The translations under genes and the position numbers were made by a program. The notes under the pieces were generated by a model that saw nothing but the letters and a program-made list of their open reading frames with translations, did not search any database and was not told the DNA's origin. 64,000 bases of DNA, taken from positions 21,266,001 to 21,330,000 of the forward strand of contig OZ193909.1 of assembly GCA_964276515.1 (NCBI GenBank), written 5' to 3'. Source of the DNA: Gordius albopunctatus (Eukaryota). Shown here one piece after another: positions 1-12,199 of this stretch (within the stretch, counting starts at the first letter, position 1; each line of letters opens with the position of its first letter).

Positions 1-225
1 AGTCTTAGTTTAAAGCAAAGGTGATCAAAACCCAGGCGTTTTTACAATACTAATTAATCCTATTTAAGCTTTCTAATTTTATGAGTATTTACAAACAACG
101 TTATCATCATGTAATATGTCAGTTTAAATAAAAGGCATTCCACCTGTTATGGTGAAATATGTGAAGATATAATTTGAAGTTTTATTTGCCTAATTTAAAA
201 AAAAAATATGTTTTATATTTTTCAG

Positions 226-3200
226 GTTTTTTCGCCTTTGGAAGAAGTGAATGACGTGATAGAAATTAGGAATATTGCGAAGCAAATCATTCAAGATGTT
301 TATTCCGATATTTATGGCTACCGCCTCAGCGAATCTGATGCACTAAAATTGAAAACATTTATAAGTAAATAATAAATACTCAAATACAAAAATATTTTAA
401 AATTATTATCTACAAAATATTTATAATCCTATATTTATTATGGGATTTTTTAGATAAAAACATGTTTGTTCCTTTATATATTATCTAATCTAGTTTGTAA
501 ATACTCCTTTTTTCCCTCTAATTCAACCATTTTTTCCATTTATAAATTTGTGGAAAGCTGGGCAAGAGAAACTTTGCCTACTATTAGTGTTGTATAAACG
601 GCTAGGTCTTTATTTGCTCGACTTTTAACTAAGACTAACAATCGATTCTGGTCTCTTTTTCCAAATTTTGACCAAGCCCAGAGGTCTCGACTAAGAAAAT
701 CAGACCAAAAAGCCTTTGGTCCTTTTATGTAAAATCGACTAACGCATATTTTTTCACAACACGACCGCCTATTAAAACAGTTTAATTTTGCCATTTAAAA
801 ACTTTAAGACAAATGTTAATTTTAAAATAGATAAGCTCGATGAGAAGCTATTACATTTCATACTTATATATATTCTCCTACTCAATAAAAATCAATAATA
901 TATTCAAATATTTCAATTTTTATCGCACAAATGGAGTATTTCTTATAAAATAAACTATTTTTTTACATTTATTAAATTTAAAACTCTATAAATGAATTGG
1001 GGAAAAGACTCGGTTTTCTAGAAACTTTGCGTGCGCAACTAGTTTAACTAATTGCTCGTCATACTCATATCATGATGTCGTTTTGCCTCGCAATTTCACA
1101 GACAAGTTGACAATTATCTGATTAAACGAATTGAACTTTGACCCTTTTTATAAACTTTAATTATGATTATCACCCTTTCCAATTTCATAATCATATAAAT
1201 TTCCTGCTCAGTTATTCCTTGGCACCTTTGGTTTTAGTCAACTTAACATTAATAGAGCAAAGGTTTTTGGCCTGATTCTCCTGATCGACCTCAAGATTTA
1301 GTCGAAATTTAAAACACAACCCAGGTTCGATTGTTATCTTAGTTGAACTAAAGGTGGTCCATCGCTAATATCTAGAGATGGATTAGGGAATTTTACGTGC
1401 CATGACAAACAACCGGTTTAATTTAAATTAAATAACATTTCTCTCTTAAAAAGAAATCTCCGAAAAATAAAATGGAAAATTAATGAATATTAATAAATCA
1501 AGTTTTTCACTGTTGTTTTCAAAGAATTTTAGTTTTAACTGTTGAGACTTAGGGATGATTAGTCTACTATGTGCATATGGGCTTAGCCTGCATTGGAATT
1601 GAATGGCGGGCAATAATGATTTAGGGAAGGGGGCAAAAGGATCAATTCTTGAAATTTTAGCCATAATTTTAATAAATTTTTGGATTTAGAGGGCTGACCC
1701 CCCCCCCCCCACCTGGCTACGCCCTTGTATGTGCATACTACCCAGAGGTAAGTGAAAAGTCTTCAACTCCAGCCTCCCATATAAACTTTCATTGGTGCCC
1801 GTCGTGATGTTTGCATAAACCAGTTTACCAATGAAATTCCTAAGACTATTATGCTTTCAGCACTAAGCTTGTTTGTTGCAGTGGAGCGAAACTTGTTTGA
1901 ATATAGATCTTCGCATCTCCCTCCATCTCTATTCTTTCTTACACAAGATCTGATGCCTTAAATAAGATAATTCCACCCCCCCCCCCCCCTTCGTTGAACG
2001 TGGGTGCGTGAGAGTACAAAGACATTATTGACCCTGATTCGACGTCATACATTTTCCCTTTTATGTCTTTTTACTTTTTGAGAAATATAAATATGATCCT
2101 AAAATGTTTGGGTTGCATTAGGGAATTCTGGAGTTGATATTCATCATATATACGACGTTAAAATAAACGTTCTCCGAGCCATTATTGAAGAAGCCAAAAA
2201 TTTACCCTTATATTTCAACCGTTTTTTCCCTGTTTACGTAAGTTCTCTTCAAATTTTAATTTTTAATTCACAAAATATTTATAAAAGTCATTATTTTTAT
2301 ATATAAAATTAATATTTTATATATTTTTCAAGGTCCCTCACCTAAAAGAGATACTAATAATTTATTATTTAATAAAAAAACACATATTTTTTGAAGATGA
2401 AATAAATTAATAAATAAAATTTGGACATTTTAGAGGATTTAACCTTGTTGAAATTGAATGAGAAATCTAAATCACACCGCTGTTTTTCAATCTTGTAAAT
2501 TTTAAGATTGAAACTATGGTCTAGAAATGTGACAAAATAATTATGGGAATATTTAAATTATTTTAATAAAATGAAATATTTGTTAATAATTGTATTGTGT
2601 TGTAATATAGTGCGAAAATAAGAAGGGCAAAGAGCATTTATTGGCCATTAACCATTCTGGTCTCAAGCTTGTACATAGAAATAGAAGCACAGAAAGAGAA
2701 AAATTATCAGTTTTAGATTCTTACAAGTTAATTTAGTGATCTTTTCAAAAATTATACTTTATTTTACTAAAATATTTCATATTTATAATATTTTTAATGC
2801 TTTAAAAAATATTTTTTTTAATTTTTCAGATTTGAAGACATTTTAGATGTACATATTACCACAGTAAACTCCGTAAAACTATTGCTTCGTTCTGGAAAAG
2901 CCTTGATTCTTCACACACAATGGGTAATATTAGTGTTGTAAAAATGGGTGGGTTTGGAATCATTGGTCTGCTTTTCTTAATCGACTCCCAAGCTTGGTCG
3001 AAATTTTAAAAAAGGGACCAGTGTGGAGCGTTAGTCTTAGTTAACCCAAAGGTAGACCAAGCGAAACCCAGGCCTTTTTAAAACACTAGGGAATATATCG
3101 AATAACAATATTACTATTTGTGTAAAATCACGGGCGTGCCAGTATTGGAATTAGAGGGGGGTGGGGCATTAATGATTTAAGGGGCATTTTACGTGAAAGA

Positions 3201-6200
3201 TTGAACAATTATTTCCAATACAAGTGAGTATGTTGTATGCAAAAATATATTAAATCAATGAGCTGGCATCGATCCGTGGATTGAGGAGATTGTACTAGAT
3301 TTTACAATGTCCATGCTGATTTTCTGCCAAGATTCATAGATTTCAACAAATTTTTCTATTTAGAGGGGCACCCGCTCCCTCTCTGCCCCTCCTGGCCACG
3401 CCCATGTTTCATTTTTTATATTTAAAAATGGATTACTACATTGAAATTGGGCAAAGGTGTACGAAATCAACGATATAGTGTTGGCTTTCATGAAAGAATC
3501 CAAATTAATTCAATTATCCAAAGCGCGGAAAAATAAATCAAAAGCCTTGGAAAGCAACAAATCAACAAAGGCTTCCTCGAAGAGTGCAATTGAAGGAGAC
3601 GACGGGCATTCACATATCATTCAGGCTTTGCCGGGATCAATATACACTAAAAAATCGGGAAAATTGGGTATAAATATTCCTTTTTATCTATCTTTTTATT
3701 CTATACTATAAATTCTTTAGAGTTCAAAAGTGTAAATTTTGGATGTTATATTAGGAATGAGTTTCAAAATCAATTGGCTGCTTTAGTCTCTGCTAGTTAG
3801 TATCACTAGCTTTATTTTTACTTTATTCTAACAAATTTGCTTTTATCTCCTTTCCCTGCGCTCATTTTATAAGATAACTAGCCTTATGTTTCACTACTTT
3901 TTATTGATTTCAATTAAATTCTTTCAAAAAAAACTAATATACACCAGGAAATAATGAAATTTTTAATACCCTATTTTTCTTCATGATTATATGCCCTCTC
4001 ATAAGTTCAATATAGTATTTTAGCGATTATTTTTAAAATTTGTAAAATTTAAATAAATAAATAAACAAAGCAAAAAAATATAAAATATTTAATTACAAGT
4101 CCCTAAAATCCAATTAACAGGATTTATACTAATCTTTTTCTTTTTTTATTTACATTTTTAGCTGACAAATTCAATTTTTTGCGTAAATCACGGAGAAATT
4201 CTGTAGCTAGCGAATCACATAAAGACGCTAATGAAAAGGCTTTCGCCTCTTATCTAACAGAAAAATCTCGAACACATTCCATGAAAAGTTTACTCAACCT
4301 TACCAATGGAAGTACCGTCCCCGGGGCGGGAGGCTTTTCATCGAAAAATGTGAAAAATAACTCTCAAAACGGCCATTCGTCGAAAAATTTAGACGCCTTC
4401 CCTGCCTTAGCGGGAAATGAATTTTTGTTTAAAAAATCCAAAGATACCTTTTCTCAGGATTCGGGATCAAAAAGGGATTTCAGCAAAGAGAGAGATTTTC
4501 GTAATAGAACTTTGAGACCCGAAAGGTCACAAAATTGCAATGGTCATTCTAATGGTGATACTAATGTAAGCAGAAACAGGCATCTCAGTGATGATGAAAG
4601 GCCTAGTTCGGATCTAAATTTTCATAGGAGCCAAGTTAAAATGGTATAATTTATTAATTTAATTGCAAAATATTTTATCACAAAAGTCTCATAATAATAG
4701 GTTAACTATTTGTGCAGTTCCAAGTTGCTTTGGTTGTTCTAAGCATGTTTTTACTCATGCCCAAACATAGACTACAACTACATAGACTGCTCATGTCATA
4801 TTTTTCATATGGTACTAAAATGTGTACAATTAGATGCACCCTTTTCACTTTAACCAGCTCCACCCCCCCCCCTACCTGCAGTTAAAACAGAAAAAAAGTT
4901 GATTTACCTTTTTATTTTTTAATAAATAAAAATGAACGTTAAAAAATGATTTTTTAATAAAATGCAGATAGCACTGAATTGCTTTAACATCACATCATCA
5001 TGATATTTTTATTTTGGATAAATTTGTAAATGATATCTTTTTAAAATGCTGCTTTTAATGTTTAACTAGTTCACTATTTTTTGCATTACGGTTCGAAAAC
5101 ACTTTATTCAACCAAAATTACTATAACCTTTGTGCACATTTCAAAATGGCGGAAAAACGGTTCACTTATTAAAAGTTAATGAGCAGTGTGTGAGTGCAAT
5201 TTTATAAGAAATTTCAATTTAATCAAACATTTAGTCTCACTTGAATTAGTTTAATAAATGAGCCTACATTATCCTTTTGTCCTTAAAAATTATCTATAGC
5301 AAGATACCTTTAGGTAGCGACATAATATTTTTATAAAAGATATAATTTCATAAATTTTAAGAATGGCAATCATCATAAAGTCCCCTCTGTGGGAGCTTCT
5401 TCTATTTTGACAAGTCACTCATCTGATCAAGATGGCGGTGATCGACTTAATCGTCACGTGTACCCCGGTGTTAGTGGAGGCATTCATTCATTAGCTCGAC
5501 CGGACAAAGGAGAAATGTCGTCGAAACGATACAACAGTCGTTCGACTTGTAACTTAAGTCGAGTCGTACCTGATGGACGACGAGACGGAAATCAGCTGGA
5601 TATTAAAAATGGCGCCGATCATAACGGGGCCACAATACCGGTTGCATTTCGAATGGAAAAACATGAAAGGTTGTATCCATTGAATTTTGAATAGATTTAG
5701 TAAATTAAATTAGAAATCACATATTAGTTATTAAGTCTCGAATGTAATAATATTAAAAAATAACACATTTTAGTGTTTTTACAGTTTAATAATTTTTTTG
5801 TTGAAAAACCAAGTATAAAAATAATATTAATTAAATGGCTTGATTTTCTTTAGACATTCACAACATAATGAACACACGCCAAGCGTTCAGTCTAAAACGA
5901 ACGGAATTCAAATCGATGACAAAATGTCTAAAGATGATTCCTATGAGTACAATTTGTCCAATTGCGCCTTCATGAATTTTAGGACTTGTCTCGATAGGTT
6001 GCTATTTACAAATTACCTATTTTATCCTAAATTAATCAAAATTATTTAATTTTTTTATTAAAATTTACTAATTATTTTATATTAGAATTCGAAATGATCC
6101 CTCTATGAATTCTTGGTATCTCAAAGTTATCGATGAAGACCAAAAAACATCATCTTTCCATAATTTAAGGACCGAATGTAAGAAGAACATAAAAAATATT

Positions 6201-9200
6201 TTTTAAATTATATTTTATTTTTAAAATTTACCTTAGATTTTCGTAAATATGACCCATCAGACCATCAAAAATTGATTTCATTCTCAAAAGTAAGTTTCCA
6301 AAAAATATTTTTATCTTTTATAAAAATAAATGTTTTTAATTTTAGATTTTAATATAAATTTTTTGTTTAACAATTAATAATTTCAGAGGCCCTTGGATAA
6401 ACCACTCCTGCCATCAAAAGGTGCTGAAGAAAGTCGCCTATCGCTCGAATGTTTTATAGGTATTTTACCACAAATACAATAGCCTGCATAATATTAAGCA
6501 ACTTTGGCGGCCATCTTGAGTGAGATTTTATCTTCGGATGCTCATTTGTAGAGGGAAATATTGCGAAAGTTATAAAAAAATATGATGATCAACTTTTTAT
6601 ATCTAAGTTTGAGATTTACTTTTCAACAAAATGAATATTCCCCAAACTGGCCGAGTACCAGCCACCCCTACTTAATATTTATTTATTAAGGCTATGTAAA
6701 TGGGCTTAGTCAGCGGGAGGGGCGGCTGCCCCCCTCTAAATCAAAAAAGTGTTGAAATTTACTAAAATTATGGCTAAAATTTTAAAAAATAATATTATTT
6801 TGTCCCCCTCTAAATCACCCCTCTAATTCCAACGCTGGTTACGCCCATGCATGGAACGCCTGTAAAAGTTTTAGTCAAAGTTAATTATAACTCTCATTAT
6901 GTTATTTTAAATTAACATTTATAAAAAAATGATAGAAAACGGATCCCATTTCCCTGCTATAGATTAATAAAACATTTTAAAAATATATAATATGTTAAAT
7001 GAGAGATCTTTCTTCTCACCATATTTTTGGGGGCAAGTTTTTTACCTTCCGTCCAGTCCAACTCGTAATTTTTCTGTAATAATTGCTGTAGAAACTGGTA
7101 CGGGTTTTAAAGGCTGTGGACTTTGGCTCCTTCTGTAAAAAACTTTTATTTTGCTTTAGCAAATAACTAGCTAATGACCACTGTTTGGCTTATAGTTTTT
7201 GTGTCCGACTAATTATTATTACCTTTATGTATAAATTTCTTTTGCCCACTTGTCTAAATTGTTGTTACTGTATATCGGATAATTGCGAAACTGGCTATCC
7301 CCGCAAATTAATGCTGACCGTTGCTCACATCTAATGTGTCTGACCCCGGCCAGAAGCCAAATATTCATTTTTGCTGCGATAAATTTTTTTGGCAATTTGT
7401 CGTTAGATAATATATCGATATTTTATCGCAAATTTTTGTTTTTAATTTAACGCACACACCAAGCAATCATGAGATATATGGGTGATTACCCAATGTCTTC
7501 GATACAATCCAGCGAAGTAGATTGTGTATACACCTTACTTACAGCTAGCCACCGTTTCAATGAAATCCAAAACGAGGTTTATTGCCAAATCATGAAACAA
7601 CTCACCCAGAATCATAGCGATTCCAAGTATTATTTTTGCCCAAATGTAGACTTCTTAGTTGATGAATATTTTACTTATAACTTGAAACCAGAAAAATCGA
7701 GGATTTTTAACGTCTCCCATAAATTTTGATGATATTAAGATAGAGGATTTTGGGGGAAAAACACTTTTCAAATGTAAGTGGCATAGGAAGGAATAGCCAC
7801 GATTTTGATAGAAAACTAGGGATCAAAGAACATAAAAACTTGGCTTGGCCCGCTGCCATGCTCGCTTGGGCCCATTGCCCTAAAATTAAACTTGCGGGCG
7901 CGCCGGCCCTGGCAATTTAGTTAAAAAATTGGAGCAGCCACTGGTAGATATTATATAAAAGTTTGCTTATTTGGTAATATTATTTCTAATTACGTTAAAT
8001 ATTTTATGAAGTGAAAATGACTAGGCCCCAGATTAAAAATAATTTTAGAATTTCAATGGAAAAAAAGTGGAATTTGCATTAGAAAAAAAGGCATTTTTTA
8101 GACGATTTCAATGTTTTCAACGTTATAAATTTTATAATTTTTAATTTAATAGCGAAAGTCACATCAAGGGTTGGAAGTTAATATCAATTATGACATCCTA
8201 CTTCTACGTAAAGGAAAGCTTAAGACCATACCTCCTGCACTTTTTGCTAACTACAAGCTTGGATCCAAGGCAAAGTTGCAGCGATATTGCTAAAGAATGT
8301 CTTCTAAATTTTGAAACTACGGCTAAATATGGGGGCAGGAAAAATGTTCCTGGAAAAGATGAAATATTAGCCCTATCAGTAATCCCTCCCTATAGCCTAG
8401 TGCTGTAAAGGCGGCCGGGTTTCATTCGATCCTTCTTTGCCTTTAACTAAGACTCTGACGGTCCACCGCGGGCTCTTTTTCAAATTTCGACTAAGTGTAG
8501 GCCTCGATCGAGAAATACAGACCACCCAACCCTTTGGGCTCTTTATCTTTAGAATTAAATATAAAAGAGATTACCTTTGAATGAATAAGTTATAAGCAAG
8601 GGTTATTTTAATTTGAAGAAATTTGCAATTTTTTTGACGAATATCCTTATAAAACTTGTAGTATAAGAATTTTAAATTATAGTTTAGGTAAGAATTAGTC
8701 AGGGATAAATAGATATTCAATAATAAAACATATTTGTAGTTTAAAATATTATTTTTATTACCTAAAAACCCAATTTTAAAATAAGCAAAGTTGTTATTTA
8801 ATTGCTATAAAATATTACAATTTTTGGAATTTTTAAGACTAAAATTTAGTTTTGTAATCAATATCTTCTATATATTAGTTTGGGAAATCGTTCAAACGTC
8901 AATTTTATAGAATCCCCGGAGGGGGTGGAAGGTTATTTCAACTTAAAAGTAGCACGGTAAGAGAATCACCAATAAAATTTTTAATTTTTAAACAATATTT
9001 GTAAAAATAAATTTAAAATTTTTTGTAAATTATCTTAAATTTATATAAATTAGCAAAAAAAATAATATTTTATTAAAGGTTATGGAAAAAATAATCAAAG
9101 ATATATGTGGCGAACTTTTAGAAATAAAAGATGCTAAAGAATCGGAAGAATTCGCTCTTTATATCGTTTACCCGAGTAAATTTAATGACTTTTTTCAAAT

Positions 9201-10987
9201 TTATCTTGACCCTATTTTTTTCCATAAAAACTATTAAAATGTAAATATTTATTTACAAATTTTGTTTAAGGCAAAAAAGTGGAATATCTGAACAGAAATG
9301 AATATATCTTAGATGTAACCACGGAACTTGATAAAAATTTCTTTCCGGACATTAAGAATGGCTATTTCGTCTTTTTTAAAAGACACATTTGGTCCAAACA
9401 ATTGGAATTTAAATCTTCTAGCCAATGTTACATTGAATTCCACTATAAACAGATATTGGCAGATTACTTAGCTGGTTTAATACTCATGATACCTAACCTA
9501 GCTACTGATCCAGCCAAAATTCCACAATACTTTCAAGTAAATTAACTTCAATTATTTTCACATTTAATGAACCAATTCAATAATTTTTTCGCTCACCATT
9601 ATTATTATCAACACGAAAGTAAAAAGATTGTCATGTCTTCTGTAAAATAGCTTTAGTATTTAACTACAATTCAGAAGGTTGATTGCAAAACAATCATCAA
9701 ATAAAAATTGCACTGAAGATCGAGGGTTTTATTTTGTCAGCTCGACTAAACATAAACAAGTTCCATTGATTATTAACAATATTGTAATTGAATCTCATAA
9801 CATCACCCCAGCAGGCTATAATGTTTGTTTCCATGAAATAATATCACAGAATCAAAAAATTAATTTCTATATAACACAAAACAATATAAATAAATTTAAA
9901 TGCATTTTTATTATTTCTATGATTATTTCCATTGCAGGACGATTTGGCTGAGCTAGCTTGTTTGATTCATAGAGCCAGTGGATCTGAAACGCATCCTACT
10001 GTAGAAGATGTATATTACTTATTTCCAGAAACTCTGTTGGAAATTTCATCTTTCAATGCTGAGTACTGGCATTCTATTATTCTAACGATCCGTAAAGAAC
10101 TCAATCGTTTAAGTCCCTCGGAAGCTAGAATTAATTTTATGGATACCTTAGCAAAGTGTTCTCAGCTATTCGGTAGTACCTACTTTAATGTCAAAGTAAT
10201 TATGCAAAAATTGTTTTTAATTTTTTAAAAATATCGAATCATTTATTATCCTTGTAAAATACATGTTTCGTGAAGATGAAAGAAACAAAAATAAGTAATT
10301 AGTTAAGAATTTTAAATAAGTGAAAAACATGCCCATATTGCCATTGAATTATATTTAGAGACGGTTTTAATAGTAATTAAATTATAAATTAAACACAATT
10401 TTCGCTATTAATAAGGACTTCTGATTGAATGATTTATTGAAAGATCATTACAAAATATTTTTTAATTTTGTATATCAAATAGAGGTGGGGGGGAAAAAGT
10501 AATTTTAAAACTAAAAATTCATTTTTTTATCTTAGACATCTTATGACGGAGAAAAGATGGAAGACAAAATCTTAGCAATCAATAAAGGGGCCATCTCTTT
10601 TTTACCACCCAACGCTCATGTAATATTAAATTATATTACAATATTTTTTGTTTCAAATAATTTATCTAAAATTTATTAAAAAAATTATATTTTTTTTGAT
10701 AAATATAACAGCAAATTCTATCACATCACCCTTATCGACGCATCGAAACGATAAATAAAACCGTCACGCCCGATGAAAGTTATATAGAACTTAAAGTCAA
10801 ATCGAGCACATCTTTCAAAATGCTTAAAATTATATCTGATCAAGTACAAAAATAAATATATTTTTATGGAATTTTTAATTTTAAATATATTTTTCTCATT
10901 TTTTATTGCCTTATTTCATTACAGTGCTATGAAGCTTTTTATATGATCAACTGGTACATGAAAAAAGATTTTGAAAACGGTCATTAA
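226..10987 (+). CDS. Myo15: Unconventional myosin class XV, C-terminal tail (FERM-like, linker, MyTH4, FERM); 5' part lies outside the window
   Basis: Phase-consistent GT-AG exon chain: 226-364, 2122-2237, 2611-2726, 2830-2923, 3457-3667, 4162-4643, 5362-5669, 5854-5997, 6086-6177, 6237-6289, 6387-6459, 7464-7626, 8153-8378, 8879-8956, 9079-9175, 9271-9536, 9938-10196, 10536-10619, 10712-10843, 10925-10987 (TAA). Motifs LYFNRFFPV, LAINHSGLKL, MyTH4 AIMRYMGDYP / NEVYCQIMKQLT / KGWKL, YGGRKNVP, KRQFYRIPGG and FERM FGSTYF resemble myosin XV tails. Confidence 0.85.
1576..1727. mobile_element. hAT-type MITE, family A (TIR CAYGGGCGTAGCC); representative of roughly 18 full or partial copies in the window
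   Basis: Ends tatgggcttagcc...ggctacgcccttg with an 8-bp TSD TATGTGCA on both sides. Other copies near 3130, 6700, 30060, 34609, 36000, 40730, 43250, 44354, 45498, 55605, 56710, 56960, 57490, 60645, 62069, 62880 and 63987. Confidence 0.85.
2931..3088. mobile_element. hAT-type MITE, family B (TIR TAGTGTTGTAAAA)
   Basis: tagtgttgtaaaa...tttaaaacacta; TSD GGTAATAT/GGGAATAT. Related copies near 1-52, 585, 1220, 8399, 21700, 22820, 28100, 32390 and 48215. Confidence 0.8.
4767..5190. mobile_element. MITE family C (TIR CATAGACT...), degenerate copy
   Basis: Starts catagactacaactacatagactgctca and shares the internal ttcaaaatggcg...gagcag block with copies near 26620-26991, 46986-47340 and 56315-56596. 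Confidence 0.6.
7040..7345 (+). mobile_element. Short HINE/DINE-like (Helentron-associated) element; related copies at about 11105-11420, 28735-29050, 30580-30840 and 34438-34570
   Basis: GTCC microsatellite near the 5' end, shared core tatatcggataattgcgaaactggcta, and a 3' GC-rich hairpin-like end (ccccggccagaagcc). Confidence 0.6.
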
Positions 10988-12199
10988 TTGAAAAATACCT
11001 TTTTTGGGAGGATAACAAATAATCTAAAAATATTCGAAATCTATATTATACATCTTATTTATTAGTTCATGATTTGTAATAAAGAGAGATTTTATTATTA
11101 ATCGATTCTATGCAATTTGTGGACTCACTTCCCTCCTGCCTGTCCAACTTACAATTTTTTATAATTGCTGCGGAAACTTATAATACACAAGTTTCCACTG
11201 GGTGTGGGTGGACTTGTGATTCTGTAACTTGGCTTTCCACTTTTTGAACTGGGCCCAGCCAGAATTCCAATAGTGTTTTTGTGGCTCTCGACTCATTATT
11301 ACCTTTATTATTCCTTTTCTCGTTGTTGTTATATCGGATAATAGCGAAACTGGCTAAATAAAGAATTCCCTCATTCTAATGATCATTCTACTTTATCTGC
11401 CCTCGGCCAAAGGGCAAAATATATTTTTGTGTAAATAGACCGCTCATTCCTTTAAAATGACAATTTTGGCAGCCATAGATTGTATTCTAACGTTATAATA
11501 GTAATCGATGAAAAACCCCTCTATTTATTTAAATCTCTCATAATAAATTTTATAATTTTCAATTTATGCTATAATTATATGGGCGCTGAAAATCATAAAA
11601 TAACAATATTTGATGATAATAGTTTTAGCGCCATTTATAATAATTAATTTAATTAATATTGGTACAATGTTTTATTTACAAAAAGAACATAATTAATAAA
11701 AGATTGTAAAAACATTTAATAAAAATTGTTATAAAAAATAGATTTATTTAATTTGTCATGAATATTTAAGTGTAAATAAAGTGTACACAATTAAGGTGAA
11801 TATATAAAATGATAAACTTTATCTTTGTTAAATAAATAAATCGAATAAGATAAATTATTTAAATTTTATGACGTAGGGTCGTCTATAAAATAAGAACAAT
11901 AATGGGATTGGGTAAGTATCAAGTAAAGAGCTTAGCAATAATAACTACTCTCTGCATCCACCATTTTAATGCAAAAGGGGTAAAGTAGTGATTTTATAGA
12001 TATTATTAGTAAGATGAATCTTAAGAAGGTAAACAAGTTGAATTGACTAGATATCATAAGGAGTTGAGAAAGGCGACACTTGGCTCTCGCTCTACTCTCG
12101 GCATCATCATCCATTGGTCATTATGCAGCGGGCAAAGTTTAAACTGTCATTTGAGTGAAAGGGAATTCCCGTTTCGATCCCGAGTCTTAGTGATTGTTA

